Below, one piece after another: positions 60,360-64,000 of a stretch of DNA of 64,000 bases. Source of the DNA: Bryobacterales bacterium (GTDB taxonomy: Bacteria > Acidobacteriota > Terriglobia > Bryobacterales > UBA6623); contig OY729422.1 in assembly GCA_963422305.1 (NCBI GenBank), positions 4,267,985-4,331,984 of the forward strand. The letters are read 5' to 3'. Under the pieces are notes generated by a model. The model had not been told where the DNA came from, did not search any database, and saw nothing but the letters and a program-made list of their open reading frames with translations. The first letter of the stretch is position 1. Each line of letters opens with the position of its first letter. Made by a program: the position numbers and the translations under genes.

Positions 60360-61249
60360 GCTTGCGCGGAGACTCGCGCCCCCACTACGTCGGCCATGTA
60401 GGAGCTACGGACGAACGGGCCGCTGAAAACGGCTCGGAAGCCGATCGATTCACCGTACTGGCGATAGTGCTCAAACACATCGGGACGAATGAAGGCCTCC
60501 ACCGGAAGACGGTTGCGCCTCGGTTGCAGATACTGGCCGATGGTCACGGCGTCGACGCCGGCCTCGCGCAAGTCGTCGAGCAAGCGCCGCACCTCGTCTT
60601 CGCTCTCGCCAAGGCCGACCATCAAGCCGGATTTCGTCAGCGTTTGCGGCGAGTGCCTTTTAGCGAACCGCAGAACTTCCAGCGACCGCGCATACCGGGC
60701 CTGCGGGCGCACGCGGCGGTAGAGCCGCGCGACGGTTTCCATGTTGTGGTTGAAAACGTCGGGCGCGGCGTCGAGCACGCAGGCCGCGGCCTGGAGGTCG
60801 CCGCAGAAATCGGGAGTGAGAACTTCGACTTGAGCCTCGGGCAGCGTGCGTTTGACCGCCCGCGCCGTAGCAGCGAAGTGCGCGGAGCCGCCGTCGGGCA
60901 GGTCGTCGCGGTTGACGCTGGTGATGACCACGTAGCGCAGCGCCATCCGCGCGGCCATCTCGGCGACTTGACGCGGCTCGGCGCGGTTGAGGCTTTCCCC
61001 GCAGCCTTGGGGCACGGCGCAGAAACCGCATGTCCGCGTGCAGACATTGCCGAGGATCATGAATGTCGCGGTCTTGCGGCCGAAGCACTCATGAATGTTC
61101 GGACAGCGCGCGGATTCGCAGACGGTGTGCAGGCCGCGCGCGCGCAACTCGACTTTCAAGTCGTGCAGCCGATGAAAGTCGGTCGCCGGCTTGCGCAGCC
61201 ATGCGGGCAAGCGCGGCTCGGGGCGCCCTGCAATATGGACCAACTGCAT
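60356..61249 (-). CDS. lipA: Lipoyl synthase
   Basis: CESARCPNIHEC and CTRTCGFC cluster motifs, RSSY. Confidence 0.97.
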   Translation of the reverse strand: MQLVHIAGRPEPRLPAWLRKPATDFHRLHDLKVELRARGLHTVCESARCPNIHECFGRKTATFMILGNVCTRTCGFCAVPQGCGESLNRAEPRQVAEMAARMALRYVVITSVNRDDLPDGGSAHFAATARAVKRTLPEAQVEVLTPDFCGDLQAAACVLDAAPDVFNHNMETVARLYRRVRPQARYARSLEVLRFAKRHSPQTLTKSGLMVGLGESEDEVRRLLDDLREAGVDAVTIGQYLQPRRNRLPVEAFIRPDVFEHYRQYGESIGFRAVFSGPFVRSSYMADVVGARVSAQA

Positions 61250-61307
61250 GGCTGAAACTAACAGGTTAACGCGCCGGCTGCGCGAGCAGCCTTGCTAAAC
61301 TCGGCTC

Positions 61308-61826
61308 GTGGCTTCGCCGAGCAGCTCCGAACACAAGCGCCGCGCCGCCGAGCGCGGCCCCGTAACGCTGGCGGTCGTCACCGTGAGCGATACGCGCAAT
61401 GCGAAGACCGATGCTAATGGGGCCTATTTATCCGGGGCGGTCGCACGTTCCGGAAATCGACTGCACTCTATCCGCATCGTCCCCGACGAACCCGACCAAG
61501 TCGAAAACGCTTTGAACGCGCTGGCCGCCGAGGATGAGGTTCAGGTCATCTTATTCAACGGCGGAACCGGAATTTCTCGCAGGGACCGAACTTACGATGT
61601 CTTGAGCCGCAATCTCGAAAAAGAGTTGCCGGGTTTTGGTGAAATTTTCCGCATGCTGAGCTACGAGCAGGTCGGGGCGGCGGCGCTGCTGTCGCGCGCT
61701 GCGGCAGGTGTTTACCGCGGCAAGGTAGTGATTTCAACGCCGGGGTCACCCGCGGCGGTGCGGCTGGCCTGGGAGAAGCTGCTGGAGCCGGAACTGGCGC
61801 ATCTGGCCTGGGAAGCGGTTCGTTAA
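61308..61826 (+). CDS. moaB: Molybdenum cofactor biosynthesis protein MoaB/MogA family
   Basis: [29 protein letters not shown]. Confidence 0.88.
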   Translation: MASPSSSEHKRRAAERGPVTLAVVTVSDTRNAKTDANGAYLSGAVARSGNRLHSIRIVPDEPDQVENALNALAAEDEVQVILFNGGTGISRRDRTYDVLSRNLEKELPGFGEIFRMLSYEQVGAAALLSRAAAGVYRGKVVISTPGSPAAVRLAWEKLLEPELAHLAWEAVR

Positions 61827-61850
61827 CTCCCCGCTATACTTGAATTTCCG

Positions 61851-62297
61851 ATGAGCCGTACCGAGGCATTACTGACGATTTTCCCGATAATCTTCCTACC
61901 GACGGCATGCGGAAGCGGCGAAGGCGATCTCCCCGCGCAAATGCAGACGGCGGTCGAGGATTACTTAGCCGCCCGTGGCGGCTTTGTCGCGGGCAATATG
62001 GAAGTTTCCGTCGATGCAGTGCGGATTGACGGGAATCGAGCGCAGGTTGAAGTGACGATTGCGGCTTCGAACGATGCAGCGGCCGCAATGCAAATGGTTT
62101 ACGAGTTGGAAAAACGCGCGGGCCGCTGGCGCATAAAGCCTTCGCCTCCGGCCGGAGGAACGGCGCCGCCCGCGGCCGGCGGGCTGCCGCCCGGTCATCC
62201 GCCGATTGACGCGCCGTCCGGCGGACTGCCGCCGGGCCACCCTCCTCTCGGAGACGGCATACAAGCGCCGAACCCAGACAAGAACCTCTCGATGTAG
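61851..62297 (+). CDS. Putative lipoprotein with duplicated GGLPPGHPP motif
   Basis: Lipobox-like LPTAC, NTF2/DUF4878-like core (VYELEKRAGRWRI), Pro-rich tail. Confidence 0.7.
   Translation: MSRTEALLTIFPIIFLPTACGSGEGDLPAQMQTAVEDYLAARGGFVAGNMEVSVDAVRIDGNRAQVEVTIAASNDAAAAMQMVYELEKRAGRWRIKPSPPAGGTAPPAAGGLPPGHPPIDAPSGGLPPGHPPLGDGIQAPNPDKNLSM
62178..62246 (+). repeat. Imperfect 27-bp direct repeat (two copies) encoding GGLPPGHPP
   Basis: 62178-62204 and 62220-62246 differ only at synonymous positions. Confidence 0.7.
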
Positions 62298-62345
62298 CCT
62301 CGCTGCCGGCCGCCTGGGACAGCCGAGTGCTTGGAAAAAGACGCT

Positions 62346-63632
62346 ATGCAACATCCCCAATCCCGTCAACTGTTCCGCCGGGCGCAAGAACGGATTCCGG
62401 GCGGCGTGAATTCGCCCGCGCGGGCTTTCAAGTCCGTCGGCGGCGACCCGCCGTTCATTGCCCGCGCCGAGGGCGCTCGTCTGTGGGACGTCGATGGCAA
62501 CGAATACATCGACTACGTAGGCTCGTGGGGCCCGATGTTGCTCGGCCACCGGCATCCGTCGGTAACCGCGGCCATCGAAGAAGCGCTTGCGGACGGAACC
62601 AGCTTCGGCGCGCCGACGGAGCGCGAAGTTGAGATGGCCGAGTCGATCTCCGAGATCGTTCCGTCGATTGAAACGATCCGACTGGTGAACTCAGGAACCG
62701 AGGCGACGATGAGCGCGCTGCGTGTCGCCCGCGGGTTCACCGGACGCGATCTCACGGTCAAGTTCGAAGGGAATTACCACGGCCATGTCGATTCTCTGCT
62801 GGTGAAAGCAGGGTCGGGGCTGGCCACGTTGGGAATTTCCGACTCCGCGGGAGTGCCCGCGGGTTTCTCCGGAACGACGATTCCGCTTCCCTATAACTCC
62901 GTCGAAGCGGTCGAGCGGGCGTTCCGCGGGAAGGGCGAAAATATCGCGGCCGTGATCGTCGAGCCGGTCGTGGGCAATATGGGCTGCGTTCCGCCGCAAC
63001 CCGGATTCCTCGAAGCGTTGCGCGACATCTGCTCGCAGTACGGCGCGGTGCTGATTTTCGATGAGGTTATGACCGGCTTCCGGACAGCGTTGGGCGGCGC
63101 GCAAGAGTGTTTCGGCATTACGCCCGACATGACGACATTGGGCAAGGTGATCGGAGGAGGCCTGCCCGTTGGCGCGTTCGGCGGGCGGCGTGAAATCATG
63201 GAGGCGGCCGCGCCTCTCGGAGCCGTGTATCAGGCGGGCACGTTGTCGGGGAATCCGCTCGCGGTGGCGGCCGGGCTGGCAACGCTGCGGCTGCTCCGCG
63301 GCAGCCCGGACGTCTATAAAAAACTCGAAGCGCTGGGAGCGCGACTGCAAGAGGGCGTTGCATCGGCCGCGGCCGATGCCGGCGTCGCTCTGACCGTCAA
63401 CCGCGTCGGTTCGATGATCACGTTCTTCTTCACGGACCGGGACGTATTCGACTGGAGCGGAGCATCGTCGAGCGACACTCGAAAATTCGCGAAATTCTTC
63501 CGCCGGATGCTGGAGTCGGGAATCTATCTACCGTGCTCGCAGTTCGAGGCGGCGTTCCTCTCCTCGGCAATGACGCAAGAGGATATTGACCGAACGATCG
63601 AGCGCGCCAAGAAGGCGTTTGCCGCTCTTTAG
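62346..63632 (+). CDS. hemL: Glutamate-1-semialdehyde 2,1-aminomutase
   Basis: [48 protein letters not shown]. Confidence 0.97.
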   Translation: MQHPQSRQLFRRAQERIPGGVNSPARAFKSVGGDPPFIARAEGARLWDVDGNEYIDYVGSWGPMLLGHRHPSVTAAIEEALADGTSFGAPTEREVEMAESISEIVPSIETIRLVNSGTEATMSALRVARGFTGRDLTVKFEGNYHGHVDSLLVKAGSGLATLGISDSAGVPAGFSGTTIPLPYNSVEAVERAFRGKGENIAAVIVEPVVGNMGCVPPQPGFLEALRDICSQYGAVLIFDEVMTGFRTALGGAQECFGITPDMTTLGKVIGGGLPVGAFGGRREIMEAAAPLGAVYQAGTLSGNPLAVAAGLATLRLLRGSPDVYKKLEALGARLQEGVASAAADAGVALTVNRVGSMITFFFTDRDVFDWSGASSSDTRKFAKFFRRMLESGIYLPCSQFEAAFLSSAMTQEDIDRTIERAKKAFAAL

Positions 63633-63708
63633 GCTCCTGCGGCGTGTTTTAGAGATCGAGGTCCGTCGCCGGCATGGGCCGGCCCCGCGCTAAACTGAGG
63701 CTTCCACG

Positions 63709-64000
63709 ATGCCCTTGCGCGATTTCGATCCGCTGGTTGCCGAGTGGTTTGAGAGCCACTTCGACCGACCGACCGAACCCCAACAGGCCGGGTGGCCGGA
63801 AATTCGAGCCGGCAGGGACGTATTGCTTTCGGCGCCGACAGGATCGGGCAAGACTTTAGCGGCGTTTCTGATCTGCCTCGATCAACTCGTCCGACTGGCG
63901 CGAACCGAGGATTTTCCGGATCGAACGAGCGTCATCTACGTTTCGCCGTTGAAGGCGCTGAGCAACGACATCCGCGAGAATCTCGCCGGGCCGCTGACCG
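63709..64000 (+). CDS. lhr: Lhr-family ATP-dependent helicase (5' part, runs off the window)
   Basis: Manual translation: WF..PTEPQQAGWP..APTGSGKTLAAFL..YVSPLKALSNDI. Confidence 0.88.
   Translation, partial: MPLRDFDPLVAEWFESHFDRPTEPQQAGWPEIRAGRDVLLSAPTGSGKTLAAFLICLDQLVRLARTEDFPDRTSVIYVSPLKALSNDIRENLAGPLT

Overview
GC-rich bacterial chromosomal window. Gene content (Oar-type TonB receptors, UPF0182, TamB/BamA/SurA operon, cytochrome c-PQQ fusion, Tat-exported Gfo/Idh/MocA enzymes) suggests Acidobacteriota (Bryobacterales-like); this is inference. Most of it is housekeeping, envelope and catabolic genes: pyrE, aroK, lolD, recJ, prfB with its +1 frameshift, lnt, lipA, moaB, hemL, lhr, two glycosyltransferase clusters and a minimal microcompartment pair. 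There are two decayed accessory islands. The first (10.5-15.1 kb) holds an IS481 remnant, a TonB-receptor pseudogene and a broken ECF sigma/anti-sigma/membrane-protein triad. The second (29.7-32.2 kb) is a collapsed type I-G (I-U) CRISPR-Cas operon (cas7 fragment fused to cas3 fragments, intact cas8g2). The most notable signal lies just upstream of that operon and is not an ORF. It is a divergently oriented one-spacer mini CRISPR array. Its spacer seed matches the cas7 upstream/promoter region at 11 of 13 positions, with mismatches exactly at positions 6 and 12, next to a TTA PAM-like motif. This is a candidate crRNA-like auto-repressor (CreR-type) of a type I-G system. No tRNA, rRNA or full CRISPR array was seen. 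All product calls rest on motif recognition by eye, not database searches.
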